A DNA stretch of 63,657 nucleotides, counting the filler, from Hausera hauseri (Eukaryota): assembly GCA_046269625.1 (NCBI GenBank). It is 12 parts of 12 records of this genome, joined end to end, with 100 filler letters (N's around TTAATTAATTAA, not from the genome) between each part and the next. Parts side by side here need not be neighbours in the genome. Positions count along the whole stretch, not along the records: positions 1 to 4,932 come from JBJURY010388257.1; positions 5,033 to 9,893 come from JBJURY010412811.1; positions 9,994 to 14,014 come from JBJURY010813643.1; 9 more parts are not named here. One strand, given 5' to 3'. The notes under the pieces are model-generated. The model did no database searches. It was not told where the DNA came from and saw only the letters and a program-made list of their open reading frames with translations. Within the stretch, counting starts at the first letter, position 1. The number at the start of each line of letters is the position of its first letter. Shown one piece after another: positions 1-12,853 of the stretch. The position numbers and the translations under genes are program-made.

Positions 1-2670
1 AGGCAAATTTACAGTCAGTTTCAGGAGAATCACTGAAGGTAATAGGGTCAGTCAATCTGAGGTTCAAATTAGGTAGCATAGAGTTAGTACACCCATTTTA
101 TGTTGTGAGGGACATGAATCGGAGCATGATTTTGGGCAGAGACTTTCTTAGAAAAAATGGAGTTAGAATATACTTCGACTTGCAGAAACTGAGAATAGGA
201 GATGAATACGTAGAACTACAGGATGATATACACATAGCATCGATACTGAGAGTGAGACACAGCGCAACACTGAACCCAACACAGTAAACTTGATAGTGGG
301 AAGACTGAAGAAAACACACTATTTCGTGAAGGGACAAACAATAGCAACAACAGAGCCAGATAAAGGAGACATCATTGATGAAACAGGACTAATTGTAACA
401 GAAGGAATAGCAACTATAGGAAAGGGATTCGATGTGCCAGTGATGATTACAAACGGCACTAAAAAGATTATAACGCTGAAGCGAGGATGTGTAGTAGGCA
501 GAGTAGTGGAACCAAAGGTGATTGAACAGGAAAACATAAAGGAGATAAGGGGTAAAAGAGAACAAGGTAACAAGAAACAGAGAGAACCAAAAGGAAGATA
601 CACACCTCGGAACTATCAGAATAGGGACTACAATCCTAGCAACATGAGAGATAACAGAATGATTAATGAAGTGAAGAAACAAAAGGATAGAAATCAAGGA
701 ACAAGATAGAATGAAGACAAGAATCAAAACGGGAATAATTCAAGCAGGAGATGGTTTCAGCTATCACAACCAAGGAACAATAACAGGATGGAACAGCAAG
801 GGAAAGGAGAACAACCAAAAGGAGGGAAACATAATAGGAATCAGAGGAAGGGTAGGACGATAGAAAGGATGGAAACAAATGAAGTAGGATCACATACACA
901 AGAGAGAATACAGGAGTTAATGAAGCTGTTGAAAACCGAAGATGGACACAAACAGCTGTTAGAAAACTGTGAAGAAACATGCAGATGTATTTGCACTAAA
1001 TGATATGGAGTTAGGCAGAACTCAAACAGTAACAATGGAGATTAATACAGGGGATCATCCACCAATAAGCTTAAAGCCATACCGAACTCCATTGAAGAAC
1101 AGAGAGATAGTAGAGAAAGCTATCGAGGACATGCTACAAGCAGGAATTATTGAAAGAACAAGATCAGAGTGGTCATTCCCGATAGTGATCGTGACAAAGA
1201 AAGACGGATCACATCGTTTTTGTGTAGACTACAGATCGCTCAACACGATAACTCGGAATTTGGCGTACCCTATGATTTGCATAGATGATATCCTTGGCAC
1301 CTTGAACAAATCAGATTATTTTACAACACTGGATGCCAGGAGCGGATTTTGGTGTATACCAATGTCAGAAGATGCAAAGAAGAAAAGCGCATTTTGCACA
1401 CATGTCGGAAGTTTCGCGTGGAATGTCATGCCATTCGGACTAAAGGGATCACCGGCAACATACATGAGTTTAATGGACATTGTACTAGAAGGCATGCAGA
1501 AATTTGCTATGGCCTACATTGATGACACTCTGATTCACACAGCAGGATCAATTGAGGATCATCTGAGACATGTGGAATTAGTGTTTGACAGACTGAGACA
1601 GCACGCGGTGAAGCTGAAGCTCAGCAAATGTGAGTTCTTGAGAACAGAGACAAAGTATTTAGGTTTTGTGATAAACAAGGACGGCATCAAACCGGACGAA
1701 GACAAAGTTAAGGTTATTAGACAGATGCCAGCGCCAAAGACAGAGAGAAGTGAGAGGATTTATTGGGACCTGTGGATACTATCGGAGATTTATTCCGAAC
1801 TTTTCGAAGATTGCAGAACCAGTCATTGCTCTTTCGAGAAAATATGCGAGATTCAAATGGGACGACATTTGCCAAAGAGCTTTTGAATATCTGAAGGAGA
1901 GTCTCACGTCTGTACCATTGTTAGCTTACCCGGAAATGGACAAGGAATTAATACTTTACACGGATGCTTCAGACTCAGCAATTGGTGCAGTATTAGTCCA
2001 AACAACAGATGAAGGAGGGGAAGGAATTGTACCAGGAACAAAGAATGAAAGACCAATACACTTTTTGTCCCATAAACTGAGTAAATCGCAACAGAAATGG
2101 TCGACAGTGGAAAAGGAAGCATATGCTATATATTATGCTTTGCAGAAACGAAACTTCTATCTTCACAATGCAAACTTTGTGATAAAGTGTGATCACATGC
2201 CGTTGAAGAACCTATTGAAATCAGATGTTCAGAATCGGAGGATTCAAACATGGGTTTTGAACTTACAGGGATATGATGCAAGGATAGAATATATTCCAGG
2301 ACCAGAAAACACATGTGCTGATTTATTATCAAGGATTCCGCATGACAACGAACAGGAGGACGACAAAGAAAGCATACCGGACATTGATGATAGACATTTA
2401 CAGGTCAACATCATCAATGCGAACCAACCAGAACTATATGAAGCAGACAGGCTGTCAGGAGACAAGGGAGAAACATCAGATACCGGAGATTTGACCTTAG
2501 AAATGGACATGAAGATAGAATAAGAGAAGGATGATGAAATTAGGCAGATAAAAACAGACTTGAAATCAGGAAGTGAGGGTAAGGCAAAGAGATGGAAGAA
2601 CTTATGGTACTCCAGGATGATGATGAGGTATATCGGATCTTAAAGGAAGAAGGCACATTACAAAAGTACA
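1..2670 (+). mobile_element. Ty3/Gypsy pol (protease C-terminal half, linker, RT, RNase H), disrupted and truncated before integrase
   Basis: ILGRDFL protease tail (105-287). RT motifs RFCVDYRSLN, MPFGLKGSPATY and AYIDD in 969-1886. Frameshift near 1745 into RNase H (LYTDASDSAIGAVL, KWSTVEKEAYAI, CDHMPL, ADLLSR; 1750-2523). In-frame stops at 287, 709 and 2523. Confidence 0.93.
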
Positions 2671-2949
2671 TATTGATTGAGTGAATAACGGAAAGTCCAA
2701 CCGTATAGTTTATTTCATATAGACAATTCTCATTTCTAAACAACACAAGCGGACAGGAAGTTTAGTAATTTACGATATACGACTCTGATCAGTTGCAATA
2801 TTTGATAAAAGCAAACAGACTGGCAAACAAATGTCAACTTCACGACGCATACAGAGGATAAATTCAGAAAAGTAAAATACTAAATATCCAAAATATGCTT
2901 TAAATATTCTGTTGACCGAAACTTTTTAAAGAAACCTACACAAAGAAGA

Positions 2950-4080
2950 CATTAACAAACATAAAATACTGTCAGCAAAATAATAATAAATGGTAAAATT
3001 GAAACAAATACTGATTTTAGCAATCACTCGAATTTGGTATGTTGAAGACATTCTGAAACGTATTCGGCATTCCCTCTGGATTACAAAGCACAGAAACTTG
3101 AATCTTTCTTTATTGACAACCGATACTCCTGATGGTAGTTGGCATACATGTTAAATGGTCCCCCAAGTGCATTCATAATCGACAGCAGAATGTCTAAGAA
3201 AGACTCTTTTGTAGATTGGTTTGAGTTAATCACCCTAAACAATTCATCCACCTGATCACTCGTTAGAGAGAACGATCGTTTCAAGGCTTCATATGAATGG
3301 TAAATATTCTGACAAGTGTCGAACTTGATAAATTTCCGTGACTAGATCCACTGCGAATTTTTGATTGAATGGGAGTGGATAAAATGAAATGGGGAAGAAA
3401 TTCTTTGGTATGAATAGTACTCAAATTGTTCTTGTCGTAGAACTTCATGACACAATTCACCAAATTTTCACAATCAATACATTGTTGACACTACTCCGAT
3501 TACTTTATTGCCCATGTTTCCATAAATGCCTATGAGTAAGGTTGATGATTTTGTAGATCGTTTGACCTTAAATAAACTCATGGGCAAACATTATTTCAAA
3601 AACACACAACGACATATAATATGAACACGATTTAATGTGAGCTGGAAAACATCTGCTCATGAGTACATTTGCAGTCATACTGTTCTGTCAATTCCAAACC
3701 GAGCATTACGGACGACCGAGAGTCGAGAGTGAGAGAGAAAAGCAATGTCTCTTATAATACGATTTTCATAAAGCATTAAGAAATGTTTTTTCACTTTGTT
3801 ATTAGTATTGTAATGAGTTGTAGAAATAAGTTTGTAATTTCACGATGATGGCTTCTTTGATGACACAGCGCGTTTAGAATAATTGACTTCAATAATTGAG
3901 TTGCATTGTCCATACCCTACGACATAAATATCAATGACAATAAGTTTAACCATTGTTTCTGATGAGTTGAATTCGTGACGGTCTGTTAGAAGTTCTTCAA
4001 GAGTTTCGTAATTAACTGTTTGAGCACGAATTAGAATTTTTAGTTCTTTTTCTACAGATTATCGAATCAATTGACTTTTA
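2950..4080 (-). pseudogene. Degraded host gene remnant, possibly C1 + DH (RhoGEF-like)
   Basis: Broken coding-like frames. RHLWKHGQ..CQQC/IDC spacing resembles a deleted C1 domain and 3081-3284 is helical and loosely DH-like. Family assignment is weak. Confidence 0.22.
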
Positions 4081-4111
4081 GCAGCAGTCAAATGTTTCGG
4101 TCTTCAAGATA

Positions 4112-4212
4112 GAAAATCGGCGTCTGCCTATGCGCCCGACGCAGCGGCAGCGGAAAACCCGGCAGTGCCCAACCAAATGGGCCGGAGAGCAACAATTGGA
4201 GCGGGCACCACA
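4112..4212 (-). repeat. Start of 3' LTR of a Gypsy element (begins TGTGGTG)
   Basis: Directly follows a purine-rich tract (minus CGGGAATGA, 4213-4221) at the end of an integrase tail. About 80% identical by hand alignment to 40738-40837. Confidence 0.7.
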
Positions 4213-4932
4213 TCATTCCCGTGGCAAAGTTAAGACTATAAAGAATAAAAGACAGAGCGAAAAACTGCAAAACGAAAAGTGTTTGTGTTAGTTGAGCTTA
4301 GTGTGGATAAATCGTTGAATACCTTTGACTGATTTTTCTTCACTATACTTGCTGAATGTAACTCTGCGTGTTGTGTGTTTGTTTGCAGAGATTGAGGTTG
4401 GGGAAAAAATTGGTAGATTTTGGTGTAGGTGTTGTGTCGTGCGAAGATGAGTTGGAATAAAGAGAAGAGTGATTGTTGAAAACGAAGGGTTAAAGGCGTT
4501 GAAAAGACTGTTAGAAGACGAAGGAGTGATGAAAAGTGTTGTGACGGATAAAGGAAGAGAGGAAAAAGTTGGAGTAGAGATTGGAGTTGTGTTGAGTGAA
4601 AGAGTGGAAGAGGAAGATGAAATAGAAGTGGTGGTAGGAATAAAAGTAGAAAGTGTAGAAAATGATGGTGCAAGACTAGGCTCAGAAGAGGAAGGTGGAA
4701 ATGGTGTAGCAATAGATGCAGTGATGGCAAGGAGTGGAGGTGTGAGAAAAAAAGTTGACGTGTCGGTTGGTATGGTGTCGTCGGCAAAGAAAGCGGGCTT
4801 TAAGTTGGTAATGTGTACTGTGAAGTCTTTGCCGTTTTTGGAGATGATGGCGTTATGCGAATGTAGCTGTATAAGTTTATATAGCCCCAGGTACCACGGC
4901 TGGAAACCACAGGGCGCTTGATTCCTTAGCCA
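4213..4932 (-). mobile_element. 3' end of a Gypsy element (integrase C-terminus, low-complexity tail, PPT)
   Basis: Minus frame reads NAIISKNGKDFTVHITNLKPAF, homologous to TVTILKNDKEQNVSNVKPAF at the end of the integrase in contig 4. Confidence 0.7.
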
Positions 4933-5032
4933 NNNNNNNNNNNNNNNNNNNNNNNNNNNNNNNNNNNNNNNNNNNNTTAATTAATTAANNNNNNNNNNNN
5001 NNNNNNNNNNNNNNNNNNNNNNNNNNNNNNNN
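4933..5032. other. Artificial contig spacer (first of 11; others start at 9894, 14015, 20708, 24918, 29003, 33499, 38694, 44209, 49032, 58951)
   Basis: 44 N + TTAATTAATTAA (stops in all six frames) + 44 N, identical each time. Confidence 0.99.
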
Positions 5033-5054
5033 GTAACACGATTATAAACAAATC

Positions 5055-5790
5055 ATGTGAGAAAAGGTTGTATTATTAGACGAAGCTGCAGAATGATGCA
5101 ATTTTCGAGATTGTAGTCCCCGGTGGAAGTGGCAAAACACACTTTGTGTGTAAACTATCGCAGAACTACCGTAATATGTTCCATTCACCGCGCTACAATC
5201 ACATATACTAGAATTAAGGTGTTGGTGATGATGGTGAGTCTGGTCTGACACATCGGGAATTTTGTAAACTGAAATCGATAACGTTAATTGTTGGGTTTGG
5301 TGAGAACCGGTCAGACAGATTACGCAACGGTGACGATTTATTTCAAGAAGCCGCGAAACAATCGGACTTCAACAACCTGTTCACGAAGATTGTACGACAC
5401 CGTGGTATGACAGTTATTTTCATTACGCAAAGCATGTTCCATCAGGGAGGACAGCATCGAACAAGAAATATAAACGTACACTATGTGGTGTTGTTCAAAA
5501 GTCCCCGTGATCAGACTATCATTGATTATATTGCACAACAAGCATTTCCTCACAATGTGCCTATAAACAAATTCGAAAACCGACAACATGATTGTGACAG
5601 AATGAAGAATTTCCGAAAAACAAAATGTTAAACGAAAACATACCAAGAAACGTATATCAAAACGAACCTCTACATTCAAGTGATTAATCAATTCTATGCT
5701 TTAAACAACAACTAGACGCAAATTATCGTCACAGTGGCAACGGTTATAAACAACTACATCTCAGCATCAATACGTCCAAAAATGTGATTC
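5055..5790 (+). pseudogene. Polinton/Maverick A32-like packaging ATPase, disrupted
   Basis: Walker A remnant PGGSGKTHFV near 5118-5147. Walker B region DDLFQEAAKQSDFNNLFTKIVRHRGMTVIFITQSMF followed by RTRNINVHYVVLFKSPRD. Confidence 0.85.
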
Positions 5791-6090
5791 AAACGTAGTC
5801 ACCCGTACTTTATTGCTTTGATCAAGGCACCTACGAGACATAAGCAAAACATGCTGCAATCATTCCCGCAATTTGTAGTAGACGATTTAATAGAAATTTT
5901 ATACAATATCGTTGTGGGTTACGTTAACATTGGTAGTGGAAAGCGGAATTTACTAAAGTATCGAAAACGACTAATTGGCCTTTCCAACGCCCGTAATAAA
6001 TGACTGAAACGAGAGGTCACGTACCAGCATGACGGAGGATTCTTTGGTGCAATTCTACCGCTTGTCACGTCATTGGTGGAACAGTTTAGT
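5782..6090 (+). pseudogene. Conserved small Polinton protein between ATPase and integrase (PM-like)
   Basis: LIEILYNIVVGYVNI...LLKYRKRLIGL...GGFFGAILPLV pattern, expected gene position, one in-frame stop at 6001. Confidence 0.6.
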
Positions 6091-6232
6091 ATAAACAGTG
6101 ATGGTACGTATATGGTGATTTGCAATATGGGTGCGTGGTTTTCATCTTTCTGTCCCAGTTTACCCAATCTTTCATTTACGTTTCGTTGAAATTGTTGTAA
6201 TGCAAGGAAAACTGGCACCATCGACAACAACA

Positions 6233-7255
6233 ATGGGTGACGCGTGGTTCGATCCGCATCATCCCGTCGGGTATACTGGCGTCGACAAACTGGCAAAGAC
6301 TGTCAAACAGACTCGGCAACAGACCCAACTTTGGCTCGAAAAACAGTTAGCACACAGTCTAAACAAACCGATAAAAAGGCCGTTTCCAACTCATGCATAC
6401 CGTGCTGCCGGTGTGAATAATGTATGGCAAATGGATCTGATGGAAATGATTCCGTACGCCAGCATCAATGATGGGTATTGGTAAGTGCTGATATGCGTTG
6501 ATGTGTTTAGTTATTTTGCACGTGCCATTGCCGTAAAATCTAAATCCGGTAAAGAGATTGTCCATGCTGTTCAGACACTGATACAAAAACAACCGACGAA
6601 GCATTTATAAACGGATGCTTCGCCCGTTTGCAACGCCCACGTTGCAGCGGTCTTGAAATGGTTCGGCGTAAACCACTACTCGGTGTTTTCCCAATACAAG
6701 GCTGCATTCTTTGAACGATTTAATCTAATATTGCACGGTCGCCTGATCAAATTCTTTACGAAGCAAGGCAACAAAGTCTGGATAGATATACTGCCGGATA
6801 TCATTCAAGCATACAATCATCTGACACACCGTGGAATGAACGGAATCCGCCCGGTTGACGTAATCGATGATTTGGACATGTGGCTTTATCAAAATCGAAC
6901 ACAACGACAGGCTATTAAAGGTCCAAAATATAAAATCGATGCTTACGTAAATATTGCGAAAATAAGTACGACGCAATTCATTAAGAATTTCAATAATAAC
7001 TGGAACGACAAGGTTTTCAGTATTTCGGCAATAAACACAAAACAAGCACCTGTCATGTACGTTTTAGAGGATGAAAACGGTGCGGAAATACGCGGTAAAT
7101 TCTACAAACAGGAACTGCAGGTACTGCCCGAAAAACCCGATGTATATCGTATTCAGGAAATTGTACGTTCACGTGTCAAAGGTTCGATTAAACAACATCT
7201 CGCCTAGTGGCACGGATACACTGCACCTAGTTGGATTTTTGCATCACAGATTCAA
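6233..7255 (+). pseudogene. Polinton retroviral-type integrase with chromo-like C-terminus, disrupted
   Basis: FDPHHPVGYTG, WQMDLMEM, LICVDVFS, KAAFFERFN, YNHLTHR, IRGKFYKQELQ, YRIQEIV. Stops at 6482 and 7205. Confidence 0.9.
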
Positions 7256-8329
7256 TGAGCAGCAGCATTTACTTGGTACTTGATAGTAACAGATCATTAT
7301 CAAAACATGACGACAATGGCAATACCGCTAAACAGTTTACCGTGCACTTGAACCAACAGGTCGATTTACGCCTGGGAGCCTGGGAAGTGGCTTTGACGGA
7401 ATTTACATTTACATTTTCACCAATGACAATACGTCAGAACAGTGGTATTTACTTTACCCGACAAGAAACGTACCTTATTTCAAGTCGTTTGCAGATAATT
7501 CGACACAATAACCGATATATTCTTCGAAATTATTCGTAAGAAAAATTTTCGGTTTATGCTTATTTTTCAAACTGCCGTATGAAACTAATGCATTGAAATC
7601 CCATGGAAATGCACTTAATTCTATAGCTGATAGTCAGGCATGGGGTTTTCAGTCAGTCAACGTACACTCAAAACGTCTACGGCTAGGTGGACATGTTATA
7701 ATTGATGAAAAATTGGACCTTTCATCCGATGCGGAATATGATATTATAGTGAATTGGACTAAGTCAGAATCAGTCTTCCACTCATGTATTATACCGCACG
7801 ATTTACTAATGGAAACTGAACTGGAATTGTGTGAATACGTCAAGAAAACGGTCGCATTAGCCGTAAAGACATGTAAAATAAATGAAAATTGTCATATTTC
7901 GATTACACTCCGTGACAGTGTTACATATTTTGCCTTTGATGAATTATTGGCTCAGAATCTGGATTTTTCACAACGTGAATTCTATCAAAACATTTTTGAA
8001 CGATCTACTGTTGCCAAATGAGAACCACAACTCTATGAAGCATTTTACCGAATCAACATTTTAACGGACATAACCGAATTCGTACTCATTGGTGGAAAAC
8101 GTAAACAACTGCTGGCTTCTACCGAACTTGATTCTGACACGCACAAATCATCATCATCGGGTGAAACTGTTCGCGTTATTATTTTCAGACCCATATATTA
8201 TCATTGTCTTACAATATTGTGCACAGTATTTCCGTGTATATGTTTGATGAATTTTTGGAACCCATTAAATTTCTGTTTGGGTTAACGGCAAATTTGACGC
8301 TACATTTTCGACGTCGTCAAGGTCGATAA
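7255..8329 (+). pseudogene. Polinton minor capsid (penton) protein, copy 1
   Basis: N-terminal IYLVLDSNRS..NTAKQFTVHLNQQVDL..WEVALTEF. C-terminal INILTDITEFVLIGGKRKQLLA..RPIYY..ISVYMFDE..PIKF..LTLHFRRR. Several stops and frameshifts. Confidence 0.82.
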
Positions 8330-8365
8330 TAAACAAACTGCGTCATCATGATCATCATCGAGATC

Positions 8366-9453
8366 ATGAGTATTTTCATGGTGTTGCCGAGAAACAGTTG
8401 TCCGACGACTCGTCCGAACAATTCCGCTAGTGAATACGTTGTAGATTGGAACACTCCTTTTGATTTACCTGCTGGACAATGGGAGGTTGCACTGACGGAA
8501 TTTAACTTTCCCTACGCACCGGTGACATTGCAAGTAGTATGAAAATAACGTATAATAAGACTGTTACTGAAACCAAAACATATTCTTGTTCTCTGACACT
8601 TACTGACAATAACATAACCGTTGGAGAATAGGCCATTTGCACGCTCAGTAAAAATTACGGCGTATACGGCAATATCGGTGTTTTATTTTAGGAGAATACT
8701 CACATTTTATGGCACATTTTGAATTTACTGTTACCTTTGAGTCCTCTGAGATGGCGCAAAAATTTGGATTAAAAAATACAGAGTACAAAGGTACAAATAT
8801 TAAAAGTGAAAATATAGTTGCGCCTAGATTAAGTCCCGTATATTACCAGACAACGGTGAAATTTACCTATACAGCAGAAAGAGTGTCAACGTCATACGTA
8901 TCGATTAGAGACAGTGTCTATTGTGAATCTGTAGCACAGCTCTGTCAACACTTTTCTTCTTCAAATCAAAAGTAAAAGGCAATATTTAAGGTTTTCGAGT
9001 CAGATGTAAATAGGTACATTAAATTTGACCTGGCTAAAGATATTGTTAATGTTTCATTTGACAAAGCTTTGGCCATGGTATTGGGTTTTGAAAAACAGCG
9101 GTTTGAGGCATCGAAGACTGCGGCGGAGGAACATGTTGCCACTCTCAAACCCAAACTGAAAACGGGACTAAGTCAAATGTACATTTACGCGAGTGTCACC
9201 GAACAGATTTTGGTTAGTGGAGTACATGTATCCCTACTACGTGCAATTTATCCGGAAAGCAGCAAGTATACTGCCGGCGACAATGTCACTGCCAAGCTCG
9301 ATAATCCAATGTACCTACTGTGGCATCTACATCTATAAACAATTTTACAGTGAATATCCGATGTGACGTGGGGCACCTTATTGAATTTTCGTACGGTACT
9401 ACAACCAGTCTAACTTTCATTTTCGTCAAATCCAACAACAGCTACAAGGTTGA
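8366..9453 (+). pseudogene. Polinton minor capsid (penton) protein, copy 2
   Basis: IFMVLPRNSC..NNSASEYVVDWNTPFDL..WEVALTEF; MYIYASVTEQILVSGVHVSLLRAI..NPMYL..INNFTVNIRCD..HFRQ. Confidence 0.85.
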
Positions 9454-9810
9454 TTCCGAAATCGTTTCCATTTACAGTAAACTCCAGCAGGGCGGTGAAC
9501 TGCCGTATTTCGTTGGTAAACAGTACGGCTCTAGATGGTTGCGTACATTGGTACGTTTAGCATTTCCGGTATTGAAGCGTATCGGTGCCGTGGCAGCAAA
9601 AGCAGCACAGGACGTACTATATGAAAACAAATCGATTTTACCATCGCTAAAGGAACACGCCTTGTCAGAAATAGAAAGCACTGCATCGGGAGTTGATGAA
9701 TCAGTTAAAAACTATTCGCTGGCAGTGGCTTGATGAGGAAACATGGACGTTGTAGATCAGCTAGCTTTTCAAATATAAATAAACGTCGTCGTCTTACGAT
9801 TTTCGATTGA
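9449..9810 (+). pseudogene. Polinton basic core protein (PW-like)
   Basis: QQGGELPYFVGKQYGS.WLRTLVRLAFPVLK motif directly after the penton; basic KRRR-TIFD C-terminus. Confidence 0.7.
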
Positions 9811-9816
9811 TTGATT

Positions 9817-9892
<76 letters not shown>

Positions 9893-9893
9893 G
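9817..9893 (+). repeat. (GACA)n microsatellite at contig end
   Basis: Perfect GACA repeats over 77 nt up to the spacer. Confidence 0.98.
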
Positions 9894-9993
9894 NNNNNNN
9901 NNNNNNNNNNNNNNNNNNNNNNNNNNNNNNNNNNNNNTTAATTAATTAANNNNNNNNNNNNNNNNNNNNNNNNNNNNNNNNNNNNNNNNNNNN

Positions 9994-11187
9994 GTCGCAA
10001 AACTTAAAACCTCTTATTTGGAATCCGTATCGAACATCAACAAAATTAATGTTCGTACACTATCAAAATGGAAGTCTGAATTTTCTTCTGAAAACAAAGA
10101 TGTTCAATATATACGCATGCGAAAAGCTGGTGTTGGTAGAAAATCCGTCATTGAATACTTCGAAGATATTATTTTTGATATGATTGTTGACAAGAGGACT
10201 CGAAGTTTGCCTGTTAAGGGAAAGAAATTCAGTTGTTTGTCAAAGCTTTGACTGAGGCTGAAAATATTGAAAATTTTTTAGCTAGTTGTCGTTGGCTTCA
10301 AAATTTCATGAATAGATTTCATCTTTCTCTACGTCATATAACCACCTGGTTCAACATTCCCGATGAAGATGTAGTAAAACGAGTTATGAATTATAGATGG
10401 TATATTTATGACCTCTGTTTAGATTCACATGGGAATGGAAATGTAATTTGTATGAATGAAACTTCAGTATACTATGGAGATGCTCATCAGACTACAGTGG
10501 ACTTTAGAGGAAATTTATTAATATACATTGCATCAGCCGGTTACGAGTCCTGCAGAGTTACTTGCATTTTATCCATAAAGCGAAATGGAATAAAACTACA
10601 TCCTCTATTAGTGGTTAAAGGCAAAACTGGCATGATAAAAACTATCAATGGCGTTGATATTATTGAATCGGAAAAATCATGGTTAACACAAAACGTGCTT
10701 AAGAAGTGGACTGAAAAGAACTTTCCGGCCAATTTCTTTGAACGTTCGTCAAAATTATTAGTTTGGGATTCAGGATTGACTCATCGTGCCCAGACAATGA
10801 AAGAATTTTTAGCTAGACGCAAAATTAATACGGTTGTTATTTCCTCTGGAATGACAGATTATCTTCAAAGTCACGATTTGGTTAACAATAGGCCTTTTAC
10901 AGTTTCTTGCGAGAGTAGATAAATGACTATCTTGCAAATAGAATAGAACGAAATGCGCGTGTTTGGTCAGAAATGCATGGGAGAAGATTACTTCCCAAAC
11001 AGTCACAAATGCCGTAAAGGCATCTTACCTAAATCCTGGAAATACTTGGAATGAATCATTTATCATGAAACATTTAAGATTTGGTCCAATTCTCAAAGCT
11101 GCCGAAATTGAAAATGATGTGGAAAATAATGAAATGGATAATCTTGATTATTCAGAGGAGGATGAAATATTTATGATTGATGAATAA
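9994..11187 (+). mobile_element. pogo/Tigger-family DDE transposase, disrupted
   Basis: CENP-B-type HTH (FLASCRWLQNFMNRFHLSLR). Catalytic-region motifs ICMNETSV, LLVWDSGLTH and GMTDYLQSHDLVNNRPF. Frameshifts near 10240 and 10900. Confidence 0.88.
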
Positions 11188-12853
11188 AGGTTTTTAAACG
11201 TGATTTACAAATTTTATCCAATTTAAAGTACAAAATAAATCTGCTTTCACTTTTAAAATTCAACTTCAAAAATTTTATTTTCTATTCATTACGAATAACG
11301 GCTTCAGATTAGATTTGTAAAAAAATGTTTTCAATAGAACGCAGTACCTATTTTTTATTACTGACATAATATTCATTGAATGATTAATAATATAACGCTT
11401 GGACATTGAGGAATTATGCAAATGAAATATATTTAGATCAATAAATCAATTCAGTCTTAATACAATTCAGTCACTAAATTGTTTAACTGAATAATAGATG
11501 CGTCCAGAACTCAAACAGAGCACCTTTAGCAAGAACAAGTGAATGATATTCATTCATGAATGATTCATTTTTTCTTGTGCCACAAGCTACTTTCCAACTG
11601 CTATTTATAACTGAATTCTTAAATTTCAACAAAATGTATTCTCTTATGGATCTCTGAAAAACAATAAGGACAACTGTTATATATTGGGGTGGCCCTTAAC
11701 GATCTCCCACTATATAACAGTAATTTACTCTTGAATTTATTTACCTTACGCAGATTCGGTTTAACGTTCTCGTTAAACGAATGTGCCAATGTGTAACGAT
11801 TTTAAAATGTGTGTACTGACTGCCGTATCCTGTGCACGGGTTAATTACAATTCTTGTGACTATATAAGTTAAAAGTCCGATTTTGCCCTTAATGTCGTCA
11901 AACCAGCCTTAAGGGCCGGTGAAAAACTATAGAGGGAGTTTAAAACTTCGTAAGCAACAAAAAAAATTTAAAATATTACCACAATGAGAATACACGTATG
12001 ATTCGCAAATCAATAGAATGATCAATATCAGTTAGAATGAATGAATATGATTCAGTTCGAGTAATCGATTAATTTGTAGATTAATTCGCCCAGTTCGATT
12101 TTATCACAATCTGTCCACTAACGACGCTAAAGTCGTATTCAGCTTCTCAATGTTAACAGTCTTCAAAATAGTCGCTCCGAAAATTTTTCTCTCTTGCTTA
12201 TATACTGTTAAGCTACGTAGGCGTTCTATGTGTTTTATGATTTTCTCTACAATTCCTACGCATTAAATTGATTAATTTTTCTATTCTTTTGTGACCTTTT
12301 TACAACATCTGTTTAATCAAATTCAATATAACCTACATGCAATACTATTTGCAATTTTCTAACTGAAATAAATTTTTTACAGCTGCCAAATTTACAACAT
12401 TCCGACAGTCAGCAATAACAGCCGTTGCGAGTGGGTTGATATTTACAACAATCCCATCAATGTGTCCGGAGTTGTCGTTAACATTAAACATCGACGAAAA
12501 CTTCTCGCAAAATACTATACAGCAGAACAGTCCCCAGTTGCCATCTAGTTCGTCACATACTGGTGCCTACAGTATCTATTCTAACAACGACACCGATCTG
12601 CATCTTCGACGCAGCAATATTCAGAAGAATGGTAAAGCACCTTTGGAAACTTTAAAGATCTCTCTGTCTGATTCATCATCATCAGAATCGCTAGCCAAAA
12701 GCAATGGAATAGTGGCATTAAAATCCAGTTATCCGCCAAATAAATACCCTCAAATGATGAGGCCAATAGTTATCTATCTATTATTACTGTTGAAGAAAAT
12801 GGTCATATATTTAAATCATTAAAATTCAACATTGTTCGGTTTATATTATACAG

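Noticed and set aside
4236-4921. 183-aa and 150-aa ORFs
   Set aside because: Low-complexity shadow frames of the Gypsy 3' tail.
4977-4988. Recurrent TTAATTAATTAA motif as a biological repeat or CRISPR-like array
   Set aside because: Always centred in a 100-nt N block; it is an artificial six-frame-stop linker. ORFs containing X or ending in LIN at these sites are artefacts.
11756-11850. Hairpins resembling a Helitron 3' end
   Set aside because: No CTRR terminus at the expected distance and no Rep/helicase nearby.
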